Assembly: GCA_047967505.1 (NCBI GenBank)
Contig: CM106538.1
Reading direction: 5' to 3' (one strand)
DNA: 64,000 nt
Origin: Dipteris shenzhenensis
Lineage: Eukaryota
The notes beneath the pieces were generated by a model. The model was not told where the DNA came from, did not search any database, and worked only from the letters and a program-made list of their open reading frames with translations. A program made the position numbers and the translations under genes. This document shows, one piece after another, positions 1-13,579 of the stretch (its first letter is position 1; each line of letters opens with the position of its first letter).

Positions 1-1209
1 TGAAAGAAAGAAAAGGGAAGAGAGACTCAAGAGAGGGAATACAAAGTGATCTTCATTGTCAATAGAGTGAGACTCCACTCCAATGCAACTCAAAATACTA
101 TAAACACAAGGGAGAAGAAGAGGTTTCATTCCTACAAGAGGGAGCGGAAGCTCCAAGACTACTCAGAGAGAGAATGAACTAGAAAGAGATGGACTCAAGA
201 GTCTACATAAGCGAATATCTACAAGAGGGAGAGAAGGCTCATGGAAGAGGATTGAGGAGACTAGAGCTACAACAACATGAGGCCTAATGGTGGAAGAGAT
301 GATGAACAAGGAAGAGGAGGTCTCCTTTTATAGAGATTTTGTCACCCTCCTCACCCATTTACAATTGCTGCCTGTAGATTCCTTTCCCCATCAATCACAT
401 AAGCCCGTATGTCACCATCCATGTCCTTTTGGCTACTCTTGCCGTGTGTCCCATCAAAAGATGCTCAAGACTCTTAAAATATTGAGAAAGTCAAGAGTCT
501 CCCCACATGGAGCCCATAGGGACCCTCTCTTTTCCATATGTCCACATCCTCCTTATTCCACATAGGAATTCTAGAAGGATTCCTCTTGACTCCACACTCT
601 TCCACATGCCTTCCACACGCTTGGCATGTGGCCTCTCTTATATTATTGGAACACATGGACATGAGCCCACCTCTTTATATGACTCAGTCTTCTATTTTTA
701 AAAAACCCAATAATATCTTAAAATAACTCTCACCCCATACCAAGGTATTTATAATTCATACCTATGGTATTTACAATGATCCATTCCACTCATTCTCTCA
801 ATCCCATACAATATCTTAGAATTTAATAGAAATAAGTGAGAGCCGCTAAGCTATCACTTGATACTCAAACTCTTATCAAACATAGAAGAAAACAATACCA
901 ATGCCAAATAAAAAATATCAATTTTTGGTGTCACAATACCATCTCCCTTTCACCTCTTCCCTCTCCTTCCCATCTCTCCTTTACGCATATAGCCACTCTT
1001 TACCTCCTTTTCACTCATTCCTATGGTTGTGGAGCATGAAGTTGGGTTTTGCTTGTCGCCATGGGGTGGTTTTGAAATCCCACTACAGTTTTGGGGTGGC
1101 TACTGGGATCGAGAGTCTCCTCATGTGCATGGCTTCCTTTTTCTCAAGGAGTCCTTAAGTTCATTACTCCCCCCCCCCTATTGTAAAGGAAACCTTGTTC
1201 TACATTTGT

Positions 1210-1700
1210 TTTTAACCTTCCATCGACTCTCATTGCATATATTACACTTTATCAAATTCTCATATCCTCTGTGGTAAAGAATGCGATCATTAATTCATGC
1301 ATGGATGACCTCATAGTGTAAACCAATGCTAGAAATGATATTTTTTGCCATGAACATGGAAGCTCATTCTGTTCAGTCAAAAATGGTCCTTGAGAAATTT
1401 TAAAGCTCATTAAGGCTTCTTTATGACCACCCATGAGAAATCTTTAGATAATAAAGCAATAATGTAGAAAATAGCTTACTTTATTTGCATCCCCAATACA
1501 ATGGCTTCTTGACATCTTGCATTAGGGAAAAAATTGCACTTTCATTTGCATCATTTTTTCATTCTTCCACGTGAGTTTCTTCACCACACATGTTCGATAT
1601 AATTATCATTAGCTTTCTCTTTAGATTCAACTAATACTCTATCTGCAACATCAAATCCATTACAAATGATGCTAGAAAGATCCACATCCTAGTCAAGTAC
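1210..1700 (-). mobile_element. CACTA (En/Spm) Tnp2 transposase relic, N-terminal part
   Basis: Minus-strand translation across stops and frameshifts gives LMQDVKKPLYWGCK*SKLFSTL and HYEVIHA*INDRILYHRGYENLIKC..CNESRWK, matching the Tnp2 motifs KPLYEGC-SKLS and YExIHACxNDCILY..CxxCGESRW. The same motif occurs in the element near 58400. Confidence 0.7.
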
Positions 1701-3109
1701 ATTGTAACCTTTCCTTGCATTTCCTTCATCTATATTGTAACCTTTTCTAGTTAAGTATACCTTCATCTACATTGTAACCTTTTCTTGCATTTCCTTAAAA
1801 AACATGGACATAAAGAACAACTTCAATACTAGTATTCAAGAAAATCCTCAATAGCACCTCAATAAAGAAATCCTTAATAGCAACTTAGAGTACATACAAC
1901 ATGATATATAATACACTAGAGCATGCAAAAACATGTGTGCATCAACATTATATACAAAATGATTGAATATTAAAGTACTAGTATTAAAGAAATCCTCCAT
2001 AGCACCTTAGAGTACATACAAGATGCTATATAATGCACTAGAGCATGCAACAACATGTGCGCATTAGAATTATATACAAAATGATTGATATGTATGAATA
2101 TGTAAAGGAGAATTTTAAATACAGCCTATAGATGGATAGAAATGACATAGTAACTGTTCCCACATTGAATGTTTTTATTTAAAGCCTCCATATGAAAATA
2201 ACTATGTGCTCACCTTAATATTCTCTAGTATGAACAAATAATTTCCTACATGTTTTCACCACATACATCTTCTTATAATGTTTGAGGGGTCTATTCATAG
2301 GGATGGGAAGGCCATACTCCCAAAGTCCATTACATGGCTGAAAATTGTAGATCTCTTTACACTTTTTCTCTAGCAAGGGGAGACTCTCTGGATGGACATC
2401 CCCACATTCATGTGGTGTAGTGGGCTTGAGTTTTTGTTGGAACTTTTTCCACAGCATTTCCACTAACTCCCGCATTAATTAAAATGTAACACATTAAGTT
2501 TATTATAAATAAAGTATTTGTTATATACAATGTGAAAAAAAAGGTAATTGGAATAGCTTGAATGTTTCACAACTGTAGCTTTATCTTCCTTCCCATCTGG
2601 ACTAGCTCAAATGATCTTGGTCCATACCGTATAAAGTGGCCATGAATTTCTTTTAGATTTTTGAAATAACATCCTATATAATGGGCGCAAAAACAAGGCA
2701 CGATAAGTACTTTGTTTTGCTTAGTCTCACTTTTGCATTCATCTAAAAGTTCTTGCACCTTCTTTGCTCTATCAATGAGATTCCATGTATCATTACAGTC
2801 TACATCAACAAATAAACATGCGATTAAATAAGAGAAATGAAATACACATGCATTGAAAGGAAAGATGCAATTGTGTAGTACTTTAAATCATAAAAACTTA
2901 TTAAAATGATCTCTGTGTGTGTGTGTGTGTGTGCATGCACACGCACGCGCGTGCATCGACTCACATTGTTAGAATATCTAGGATCAATACTATGTCTATG
3001 AGCCTCCATATGAGGAGGATAAACGGGGTTGAAATCTATTTTATCATTTAAAAAAAGAATTTAAAAATGATGAATTCTTTATTTAAAAGCATAAAGAAGC
3101 TACTGGATG

Positions 3110-6100
3110 CATATATGATCTGGAGCAACTTGAAGTAGCCTTGGAGCAGTCTGGCATTGTCTTAGCTTGGAGTAGCCTTAGGAGCTAGCAAAAGACTAGA
3201 GCAGCTTAGAGCCGCTTGAGTAGCTGAGAGTAGCCTTAGCAATAGGAGTAGCTTGAAGAAGCCTTGTAAAGGTTACAACAACTTGAAGCAACTTAGGGTG
3301 GCCTAGAGCCACTTGGAATAGCATTGAAGTAGGTTGGTCCAGTTAGAAGTAGACTACAGTAGCTTGAAGTAGCTTGGGAAGCTTGGAGCAACATGAATTA
3401 GATAGAAAGAGAGTAGCTTTTGCACTCTTGAATTTAACCACACTAACCTGGCTTCCTTCCTTCTCTTTTTTGGAGATTTTGGTGTTTACCAATTTCCTCC
3501 AAATTCTCCTTAGCATTGGGCATAGCTGTAAGAGCAAAGGCCAAGTGAATTGGGTCCTTTTTGCTATATATCCTTCTCCAGATTGTAAAGCCTCCTCACG
3601 GTCACCTACTTCATGCCAATATGTCTCCTAGATTTGACCTTTTTCTTAAGTTGATCATCAACTTGCTTGGCTTTCTTCCTCCTAAAAGGTCCTGGCTCAT
3701 CCTCAACCTATTACCCCCTAGCCCTCTTATTGTCTAAGATATCAACCTCCTCATCAACCCCAATGAAGTTCATCTCCTCCTAACTAAGACCATCCTTGGC
3801 TTTTGTTGAGTATTGGTTTGGCATCTCCTCCTCCCTCGTGGCATCATGTATGTCTTCCCTACTATGTGGCAAAGGATAGATGTTTCTTGGACCTATTTTC
3901 TCAATTTTGGAGTCTGTTGTAGAGCTTGTTTCTTCATCCTCTTCCTTTGATGTATTGCAATCTTGAATCAACTTAGAGTATCTTTGAGCAACTTGAACCA
4001 GCCTTGAGCAACTCGGACAAGCATGGAGCATCCTGGAATATCCTTACGATAGCTTAAAATGGTTTGAAGTAGCCTAAAACAATTTAAAATGACTTGGAGT
4101 AGCTTGAGGAATCCTTCTGAAGGTTATAAAATCCTAAAGCAGCTTAGAGCAACCTAGAGTAGCTTGGAATAGCATTGAAGCAGCCCAGTTTGCTAGGAGT
4201 AGACTACCGTAGCTTGGAGCAGCTCAAGAAGCTTTGAGCAGCTTTTATAAGCAAGACAACATTCCAAAAAGCTCATAGGAGTAGGGGGAAGCTTGAGGAG
4301 GGATGGAACAACCAACTATTCAACTCTTAGGGCTCCGCTTCTTATACAGGAGAGGAAGGAGCTTCCAAAGGGGAAGGAGTATGAGAACTCCACTTTATAT
4401 GAGGGTTTGCAAATAATAGGAACGTAATGGTTGAGAAGGAAAGTGTGTGGAACTTTGGGAACTATATGTGAGGTGCAAATGGGTGCTCTTCAAAGACATG
4501 GTGTAGGATAGAGAGGGTGGGTTAGCCTTTGACTTGGCTGACATCACATGTACATCTAACATAACCTCTTGTCCCAATACATTCACTTGTAGGTCCTTCA
4601 CAATTGTCTGACTTGAAGCCTATAAAAAATCAATCTATGACAAGTTAAGGTCTACCGGTTTCTATCCCTTGGTGGAGCTCTATATTGTTGGAAATTGAGG
4701 GACCATAACAATTTCTTGTATACCCAAATTGGAAAATTGAAGCAAGTCATTTTTCCCAAACATGTCTCTTTTGCCCTAGAACAGCTTGGAGTAGCGTTGG
4801 AGTAGCTTGGCATTTCTTATGTAGCTTGGAGCAAGCTGGGGAGCAGCCTTGGGGCAGCTAGGAGCAATTTGGAGAAGCCTTGGCAACAAGCAGAAGGCTT
4901 GAGCAGTAGCTTGGATCAGCCAAGAGCAGCCTTAGGGCAGCTTGTAGCTCTCTAAAGAGGCCCAAAATACTTTGGAATGACTTGGAGCATCTTGAGGAAA
5001 CCTTGTAAAAATAAAGATAGCCTAAATCAGCTTAGAGCATCATCGAGCAGCTTGTAATAACATTGGAGCAGCTTAGTCCAGCTTGAAGTAGACTACAGTA
5101 TCTTGGAGTAGCTTGGAAAGCTTGAAGCAGCATGGACTAGAAAGAGAGCAACTTAGAGTAGCTTAGAGCAATCTAGAGCTGTTTAGAGTAGCCTTGGGAG
5201 CTTAGAGTAGCCTGCGGTAGCTTAGAGCAGCTTGGAGTAGCCTTGAGGAGCTTAAAGTAGCCTGGAGCAGCCTTAGGTTAACTTGCAGTGGTCTGAAGCA
5301 GCCTAGAAGGACTTGGGGTAGCTTGAGAAAGCCCTGTAAAGGCTAGAACAGCCTGAAGCAGCTTTGAGCAGCCTGGAGGAGCTTGAAATAACATTGGAGT
5401 AGCCTAGTCCAGCTAGACTACAACAACTTTGGAGTAGCTTGGGAAGCTTGGAGCAGCCTGGATAAGAAAGAGAGCATTCCGAAAACCTTGGGAAGCTTGA
5501 GGAGCGATGGAGCAACTAGCTATTTAGCCTTTAGGTATTCACTACTTAAAAGGAGAGGAAGGGAAGGACTCTTTTGAACTCATTTTAGAATGGAAATAAT
5601 GGGCAAGTAGTGGTTGAGAAGGAAAGGGTGCAGGGGCTTGGGAACTATATCTGAGGTGACAAATGGTGGTTCTTCAAGACAAGTGGTGTAGCACCAAACC
5701 AATGCATTTGACCTTTGATGACCTTCACCACACTCACTTGGCTTCCTTCTCTTTTCTAGAGCTTTGGTGCTTAACAATTACTCCACATTCTCATTAGCTT
5801 AGGGCATAGCTGTAAGAGCAAGGGCCAAGTAAATTGGGTCCTGTTTTCTAAGGATCCTTTGTCAGACTGTAAGGCCTCCTTATGGGCACCTATTTCATGC
5901 CAATATGTCTCTTGGGTTTGGCCTTTTTCTTGCCCTCCTTGGGCTCATCTTCAACCTACTTTGTTTTCTTCTCCTTGATGGTCCTGGCGCTTTTGTGGAG
6001 CCTATCGTACCTGTTGGTTTGGCATCTCCTCCTCCCTCCTGGGTCCTGTTTGTTTTCCTTTTAAGTGGCAAAGGATAGATGTTTCTTGGACCTATTTGCT

Positions 6101-6460
6101 CAATTTTTAAGTGTTTTGTAGAGCTTGTTTCTTCAGCCTCTTCCATTGAGTTACTGCTATCCTGAATTACCTCCCTTCCCTTGGCCAAATAATGTCTTAT
6201 CAGCTTTCTTATAGGCTTGGCCAGCCCCCAGACCAACTGCGCTCTCCACCAGTGCCTCTTGTCCCAATACATTCATTTATATATCCTTTACAATTGGAGG
6301 ACCACAACCTGGTTAGATACCACATCTGGGCAGAAAATCAAGCCTAATTTGGTTGCCACATGGGCCACAAAGGAAGACCCATCCATAGGAACTGGAAGGC
6401 CTAGCATATGGACAGTCCAAGAGGGGCTTTTGAGGGCCTATGCAGCCTAGAAAAGGACTT
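3110..6460. repeat. Degenerate 10-11 bp minisatellite (consensus about CTTGGAGCAG/CTTAGAGTAG) interleaved with duplicated blocks; probably internal region of a non-autonomous retroelement
   Basis: Dozens of gagcagctt/gagtagcct units at 3120-3390, 3970-4250 and 4780-5520. Block 3420-3965 is repeated at 5700-6170 (e.g. ggcatagctgtaagagcaa), and block 4260-4505 at 5480-5690. Confidence 0.75.
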
Positions 6461-6533
6461 GACTAAGGGTAGATTCTCATCTAGGGGTGGGTCTATATGA
6501 ATTTCCTACTCGACCTATAAACATTTGGCTAAT

Positions 6534-6660
6534 AGGAGCAGGTCGACAGTATGATTGTAGGTCGTCCCTATATATGAGATCAATGAGGGGTGGGGCCAGG
6601 AGCAGGTTGACAGTATGGTTGTAGGTTAGCCCTATATATGGGATCAAAGAGGGGTGGGGC
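6534..6660. repeat. Tandem duplication, about 64-bp unit
   Basis: aggagcaggt(c/t)gacagtatg...ccctatatatg...gaggggtgggg occurs twice head to tail. Confidence 0.85.
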
Positions 6661-8605
6661 TCCTACATGGGGCTAGGCTAGCTTCTAGATCCTCCAGTTC
6701 ATAGATGGAGTGGATTCACTCCATTCAATCCACTCCATTTGGCAAAAAGAAATTAACTGCTTTTGGTATTATCATCCATGTAAACTACTACATCAATAAT
6801 AGTTGGGCCAAATTTGCCTCAAGAGCTAGGACTACCTAAGGGAAACAATTAATACTATTTAGGTGTCCTTGAGATCCTAGTAGAAAAGTATCCTAAGACA
6901 TTTTTAAAAGAGAGGGGGGAGAACAAGAAAACTCTAGTATCACCACTTCCCTCATCTATAGTTGCAAAATTCTACCTACCCTCTTCTTGCATATTTTGTA
7001 CGTTTGTGGACTAAAAAGAACAATGGACAACTATACCAATGACACCTTGGTTGGAGGTATGGAAACCACTTGAAATCTAGGGAATGCAATGTTTCTTTGT
7101 AGAGATAGTTTTGCTAGTGACGGTAAAGCAAATAGAAAGAAAAGCGCATAGCTGTAACAAATCATAGCAAGAATAGTTTGAGCATAGGAAATTGAAATTA
7201 GTAGTTTGGGAACAAAGAATGCAGGTCGTCAAGAAAACTATCACTGATAAGAATCCACAATATTGTTGATAGGTAGCCTTGATTTGCAGAGATTAAAGAA
7301 TTGCATTGTGCATACAATTAACAGAAATGGCTTCCATCACACCATCTGTACTATCTAGGAAGCCTCCATCTAAGACAGTGACAAGCAACAAATCACAGGC
7401 ATTGTGTAAAAAGATAAAATAAGATATGTTGCTTACCCTTTTTTCTTTATGAGCTACTATTTTAGTTGTGACTTTAGTTCCAGCTCCCAACGCTTTCTTA
7501 AAATTGTGCCACTCCAACGATTTCCTTGAGACTTGCTACATTAGCACAACTTAAGGCTATAAACTTTGAGAGGATGAGAGAGAGAGAGGGGGGGCAGGAG
7601 GGAGGGGGAGCGGAGGTCATTGATGCTAAGAGAGCAATAGCGTTAGAGAGAGACCTTAGGTGGAGGTTAGGCTAAATGAACTTTAGGTTAGGTTCATCTA
7701 CTCTCTCACATGTTTTGGCTTGATGTTGACGTTTCTTTGATAATATTTCAGGCACGCCACACTTGTGTGTGACCGTCATTCGTGTATATGGAAGGAGAAT
7801 AAAACCCCTAATATCTCCCAATGGATTCCATCGTAGTCTAAATTGAAGAGAGTGAATATCCTTTTAGACACTTGGGCTAAGAAATATTCAAGTTTTTGAG
7901 ACAAATCTCACTAGCAAGGACAGTATAGGGAGATTCTAGTATTTTAAGCTTAGAAATGAGAGATTGAGTACATAAAGACCATGGAGGTAGAGCTTTGTCC
8001 CAAACAACTATTTGAGAAGCTCTTGCTCGAAGTGTATTTTCATGTAGTTGAAAACTTCCTCGATGCTAAGGCCTATTTAATGGGTAAAACAACTGAACTT
8101 AAGCTGTATTGAGCAGCTTGCCTCAAAAGAGAGTGCACACTTCTAGTTTTTTTTCTCCTTCATGTAATATAGGTATGAAGATCAGATGACCTTGAGACAA
8201 TTGGTATCCACATTTTAAGCAAAATGAGTAAGTGTTCATGAATTATATAGATAACATAAATCTCCTTCTATTTATGTTATATAGATATAGTAAATCTCCT
8301 TGTGCTTAATACTTTCTTTTTCTATCTATTTAGAAGTTATAAATCGTTGTCCTAGGGTGCCAACTTGAGTTATTATTGAAATATTAGAAATATGTAATAT
8401 GCAAGCTATATCTTTTTTCAATCATTAAAAAATAAAAATCTCAAGATCTCATGATAATCTAGAGATTATTTTGTTTGAAAAGACCTATAGCATGCAAGAT
8501 TTGGGTCTCACTATAAAAAGTTACTTGCCACATAGACCACACATTTTACATGTTTCCAAAAGTAGCCTACATCTACAGATCCCCTTCCTAGCTTTTATAT
8601 ATTCT

Positions 8606-11600
8606 GCTTAACGGAGCCCCGATCTTCCCTTCCAACTGAGAAGACCCATGCATTGCTTCCAAGCAGAAATCAAACCAGAGATAATATCAGAACCAGCAAT
8701 CTTTAATGGGAACCAAAAGATAATCTTGTCATAGCAGGAAAGTGCATTCCAGCACCCTATTCCTTTCCCCACCCCTCTGTCGACATAAAATCTGACCACA
8801 TCTATCCAACAGGCTGAGCCTTGAAAAAACGTGGGAAGCCATTTTGAACGCAAAGAGGTAGAGAGAGACCACCCGTGAGTCTGGGCAACTTGAGCTGGTC
8901 CCAAGGGACATAGTGATACCTTCTGGCATGACCTTCTTCCGCCCACAGGAATGCCTTCAACAATCTGTCTATTTCCTTCCAATGGCACTCCTTAAACGAC
9001 CAAACAGACTCGTGGTTGCAGCAAGCACATGATTAATAATCAGCACACGAGCATTCCACCCTAGGCAAAGCCCATGCCAGCAAGCCAATTTTTGAGAAAT
9101 CCGCTCCTTAAACCACATAAATCTTTGACGTAAGCCGAGTCCCAGCCCTAGAGGAGCTCCCAGATAGCGAACTATTTCTCCACGCATAACCCATCTGACA
9201 GGCAAAGTAGCAGCCCACTGAGGTAGAGGGTCCAGACTTACCCTGATAGCAAAAGTCTTGGGTAGACTGAAAACAGAACCAGAGATATCACAGTAAAACT
9301 AAATCACCCAAAATAAGGCATCCACACACTCCTTGGACCCTAAGGAAAAGACCACCAGATCATCTGCAAACATTTGCAAGCTGAACTGAGACCCTGAGGA
9401 GAGAGCTACCCCTTTGCAAACCCCCTGCTGCAACCCCTCCTTTATCAAACTTATCAAAGGCATAGTTACCAAGGGCAAATAAAAGGGGAGCCAATGGGCA
9501 TCCCTGCCTCACAGATCTGCAAAGACTAAAATTCCCTACCACCCCACCATTGAGGCAAAGGATTGCAGAGGCTTCCCCAAAGAGGGCACGGACCATCTTA
9601 ACAAAAGTGGACCCAAAACCTAGGTGCTCCAGAATTGCACCAATATACTCCAAGAAACTCGATCGTATGCTTTGTGAAAATCAAATCCAAAAAGGATGCA
9701 CTTCTGCCCTGATGTACAAGCATAATCCAAAACAGTAGACACATTCATGATATTTGTTCCCTGTCAACCAAGTGCAAGCATGTCCCTTGGATCCTTAAGG
9801 CTATGGCCTTCGCAATGACTTTATAAGAAATGTTCAACATGGTGATGGGCTGCCAATCATCCACCCTAAGCGTCCCCTGTCTCTTGGGAAACAACTTCAA
9901 CAGACTGGCATTGACATCAGCAGACAATGACCCCACTTCCATAGCTTGATTAGCCATATTAACCAAATCAAATTTAATAAGGTCCCAGAAGTGTGAAAAG
10001 AATTCAACTGTGAAACCATTGGGCCCAGGAGAGCGCTCTTCTTCATCTGTGCTAGAGCATTAAAAGGTCTTGCAATCCTGACCCTATCCTCTGAGTGTAC
10101 CCTGACCTTGACAGAAGCTGAGGCCCAAGCCATCTTCTCTTTCCATACCATATCATCAGAGAACGGAATGCTCACCACCACAGCTAACTCCAATTTGAAC
10201 ACCTCTGCTATCTTCCAAAAACCAGCGACTAAATTTCCCTGCTGATCTTGCACTCTATCAATATTGTCCCTCACATCCACTTGAAAAAAGAATTTGGATG
10301 GGCAATCACCCATTTCCAGCCAAATCTGCCTTCTAAGAATACGAGCTCTCTTAGCCTTCAGCAGCTCCATACTCTTTACAGCTTCCTCACATTCAACCAC
10401 CAAGACTGATAAAAGGGTCCCTTGGAGTATACTGAACAGCTTTGTTTAGGCATTCCCTATCCCAAACCTAATGACCCTCCTCCCTACGAGCTTTTAGCCT
10501 TCGTGCTTGGACCAATTCTTGGCAAAAGTATGGATTCCTCTGATCCCTGCATCCCACCTAGCACGCTGATCTGGCACCGAACCTGTGCATTCCCGCCATG
10601 TCTGCTTGATCTGCAGGTTGAACTCAGCATTCAACAACCATTTGTTGTCAAGCTTGAAAGGTATATCAAAAGACCACCCCACTGCTACTGGGATTGAGAA
10701 CGACCAAATCACTTGCACATGATCCGACATAGCTGTAGATCTTAGATATCCACCCTTCATTGGAGCCTTCAACCACCAACCCTCATGGGAACGATAAAAC
10801 CTATCAATTCTAGCAGCTCGGAATTGATCTCCCCTTCTTCTACTGTTCCATGAGAAGCCAGACAGATTCTCTATCCAATTCTATGCAATCTATCAGGACG
10901 CAGTCCACACAAAAGCTCTCCCATGCCTCCTTTTCTCTTCCCATCAACCCTGAACTTGCATGAGACCTATCTTCCTCGTCTAGCACCATGTTCCAGTCAC
11001 CCCCAATTATCCAGTAGGCATCAAATAGAGAATTTCTCAAGGCATCCTAACACTGAGCTCAAGACCCAGCACCATTAGGAGCGTAAAGACTGACAACATT
11101 GAAAGAAAAACCACCCACCGTGACCTTAGCAGCAACAAACCAACCCTCGGCACGAAATACCTCCTGCATGCAAACTGAACTTCTGGCCAAAATAGCCATG
11201 CCTCCATGCCCTCTCACAGGGCAGTTGGCAAGAACCACAAATCTCGTTCTGCCAAAAGCAAACCAAAGTTCATCTTCCTCTCCACATTTACATTCCTAAA
11301 GAAGTTTCAGATCCGTTTACCACTGACAGGCATCTTTTTTGTTTACCTTTTCCACAACCACCTCGCATATTCCAAGTGAACACCTTCACCATGTCAACTG
11401 AGGATCAGTATTACTGAGAGATGACCCTAACCACATCACTAATGAAATGAAACCTATTTTCTTTGCCCCCATTAACATTCCTGGCTGCGTCCTTAATTTG
11501 CTTGGGCATAACATGTGCAACCATGCCTCGATTCTTCTCAGACCTCGACACCTTGTTCTGACTTCTTTCTTCCAGGACTCTCTTCCGACCAATGGCATCA

Positions 11601-12050
11601 GGCATCTCTAAGTCCCCTCGCACTGATTCTTTCTCCAGGACAGCATCTTCCACGGAAATATCTGCCCACGGGATCCCACCCATGACCCTATCTGACTCAC
11701 AGTCAAGCAAAGCATCAGAAACCACAACACCATCAGGATTGCCACCCACCCCCACTGGAAGAGGAAAATCCACTTTCTAACCCGAGACATTCTGAGAACT
11801 GGCACCAGACGGAACAACATCCAAGGAATTCTCACCCATGCCCGAACAGCCTTCTTGAAACCGGGCATGACCATCCTGCCCCTGAGACTCATCTCCCACC
11901 ACGTCGGCCATGGGCTGCACAGTAGGACTCTCCGAGAAGAGACGACTATGGTAAATGTCCACCACCTTACCTCTCTTCGTGCCAAATTTCCACGGACTAA
12001 CCAGACGAATCCTATGTTTCGGAAACCGCCGCACTTGAATCCTTCGGAGT
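8606..12050 (-). mobile_element. LINE (L1-like) retrotransposon, degenerate and 3'-truncated: ORF1 tail, endonuclease, reverse transcriptase
   Basis: APE-endonuclease motifs WIIGGDWNMV, ARIDRFY and SDH; RT motifs WQPITMLNISYKVIAK, SVRQGCPLAPLLFAL, MFADD and RYLGAPLG; many stops and frameshifts. Confidence 0.92.
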
Positions 12051-12204
12051 ACATCATAAAAATAACAAACTTAGACTTATTTTTTTGTTTCTCTTTATAG
12101 GTTCTTGACATAATAAGGCTTACAAATCAGAAAGAAGAGGAACCCATGAAGCCCTCATGGTTGCATGAAGACAGTGGCACATATTTGTTCAAACTTATGA
12201 CTCC

Positions 12205-12630
12205 CCATGTTTGGCACGCTGGCATGAACATGGGCCCCTAGAGCCCTTTCTTTTATGTTTTTGGTTTGATTGCAGGCCAATAGCTCTTGGAGCCTATAAA
12301 GCACTCCATGAAGGGAAAAAAAAAATTTAAGGGCTCCAGGAACCCATGCTCGTGCCGGCCAAACACCAAGACAGCGATGCCATCTTGGTGTGGCGTGCCC
12401 GCACGAGCATGGGCTCCTGGAGCCCTTTTTTTCATTTTTTGGGTTTGATTGTAGGCCAATGGCACCCTAATAGCAGGCCAATTGCTCTTGGAGCCTCTAA
12501 AGCACCCCATGAAGGAAAAAAATAAAAAAACTATTAGGGTGCTATTGACCGCCAGGAGCCCATGCTCGTGCCAGTGTGCCTAACGCAAAGACAGCGATGC
12601 CGTCTTGGTCTTTCGTGCGCCAGCACGAAT
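12205..12630. repeat. Foldback/tandem GC-rich repeat containing a ~100-bp hairpin (12329-12427)
   Basis: Arms aagggctccaggaacccatgctcgtgc and gcacgagcatgggctcctggagccctt are reverse complements with one mismatch; inner arms acaccaaga/tcttggtgt; parts of the unit recur at 12210-12330 and 12420-12630. Confidence 0.8.
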
Positions 12631-13579
12631 GATGTAACCCATGAAGGGACCCTACAGGCAGTGAGTTTGGAAAACAATGTTCCAGCTCCTAAACCCACCG
12701 TCCATAGAATCAAAGGATCTTTAGAGCTCGAAATCTAAAGCCCTTTCTAAAGCTCTCTAGATCTCACAAGAGTAGTAGCCAGCATATGATGGCACTATGA
12801 TCATATTTTGTGTAATGCTTTGTTTTTAATAAAAAGGACGGCCTCCTGTTTAGACCTTTCTTGGTAGAATGATGCCTAGTGCTAACCACATGTAAGAAAG
12901 GGGCTATCTAAGCTAGAAAAGGAAAGAAAACTATAGTAGTGGAGAGAGAGAGGGAGAGAGAGGCTTAACATTTGCAGTAGACCAAATTGATCTATGGTAC
13001 AACAAAACTCACAACGGCCTGTTAGATTTTCTTCATGGAACCCTCTGAATTTGGCGGAAAAAACAATTGGTGGCTTGGACAAAACTTAAAGATCCACTCC
13101 TTCTGCCAATGAGCTGGCCTTTAGTGGTCTTGAGTATCCGAGATGGAAGTTGAGTAGTCTTCCTTGTCCACTTAGCTCAGTGCTCAGAGCTCCATCCAAG
13201 TATGAATAGGTGTTAGCAGAAGCATACTCTGCTAAAATCTGAAGCACTAACACAAATGGAATACGAGACTCGTGGCATAATAATATATCAGAAAAACACA
13301 GAGAAAGCATAGCAGCATTAAAATAAAGATTTCAGATCAAATGAATAAAGCATACAGAAGGCTTCGTAATGCCCAGTAGAAATTTTACAAAGGCAAAACG
13401 TATGACAGGTCTGAAGGGCTAAATAGCAGGAAGCTTAACCATCCCTGCAGCTAGCTCAAAATTCTTCCAAGGATGCTTGGGATGCCCAAGGGGGACAGGA
13501 GAAAGGACAAACGAGGGGTGCCCAGGGGTGGCAGGGGAAAGGACAAACGAGGGGAGATGCCTCCCAAAAGTTCATTCAC

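Noticed and set aside
1-1200. LTR-like or element-terminal sequence and short ORFs
   Set aside because: No PBS, PPT, terminal repeats or recognisable protein motif within the window.
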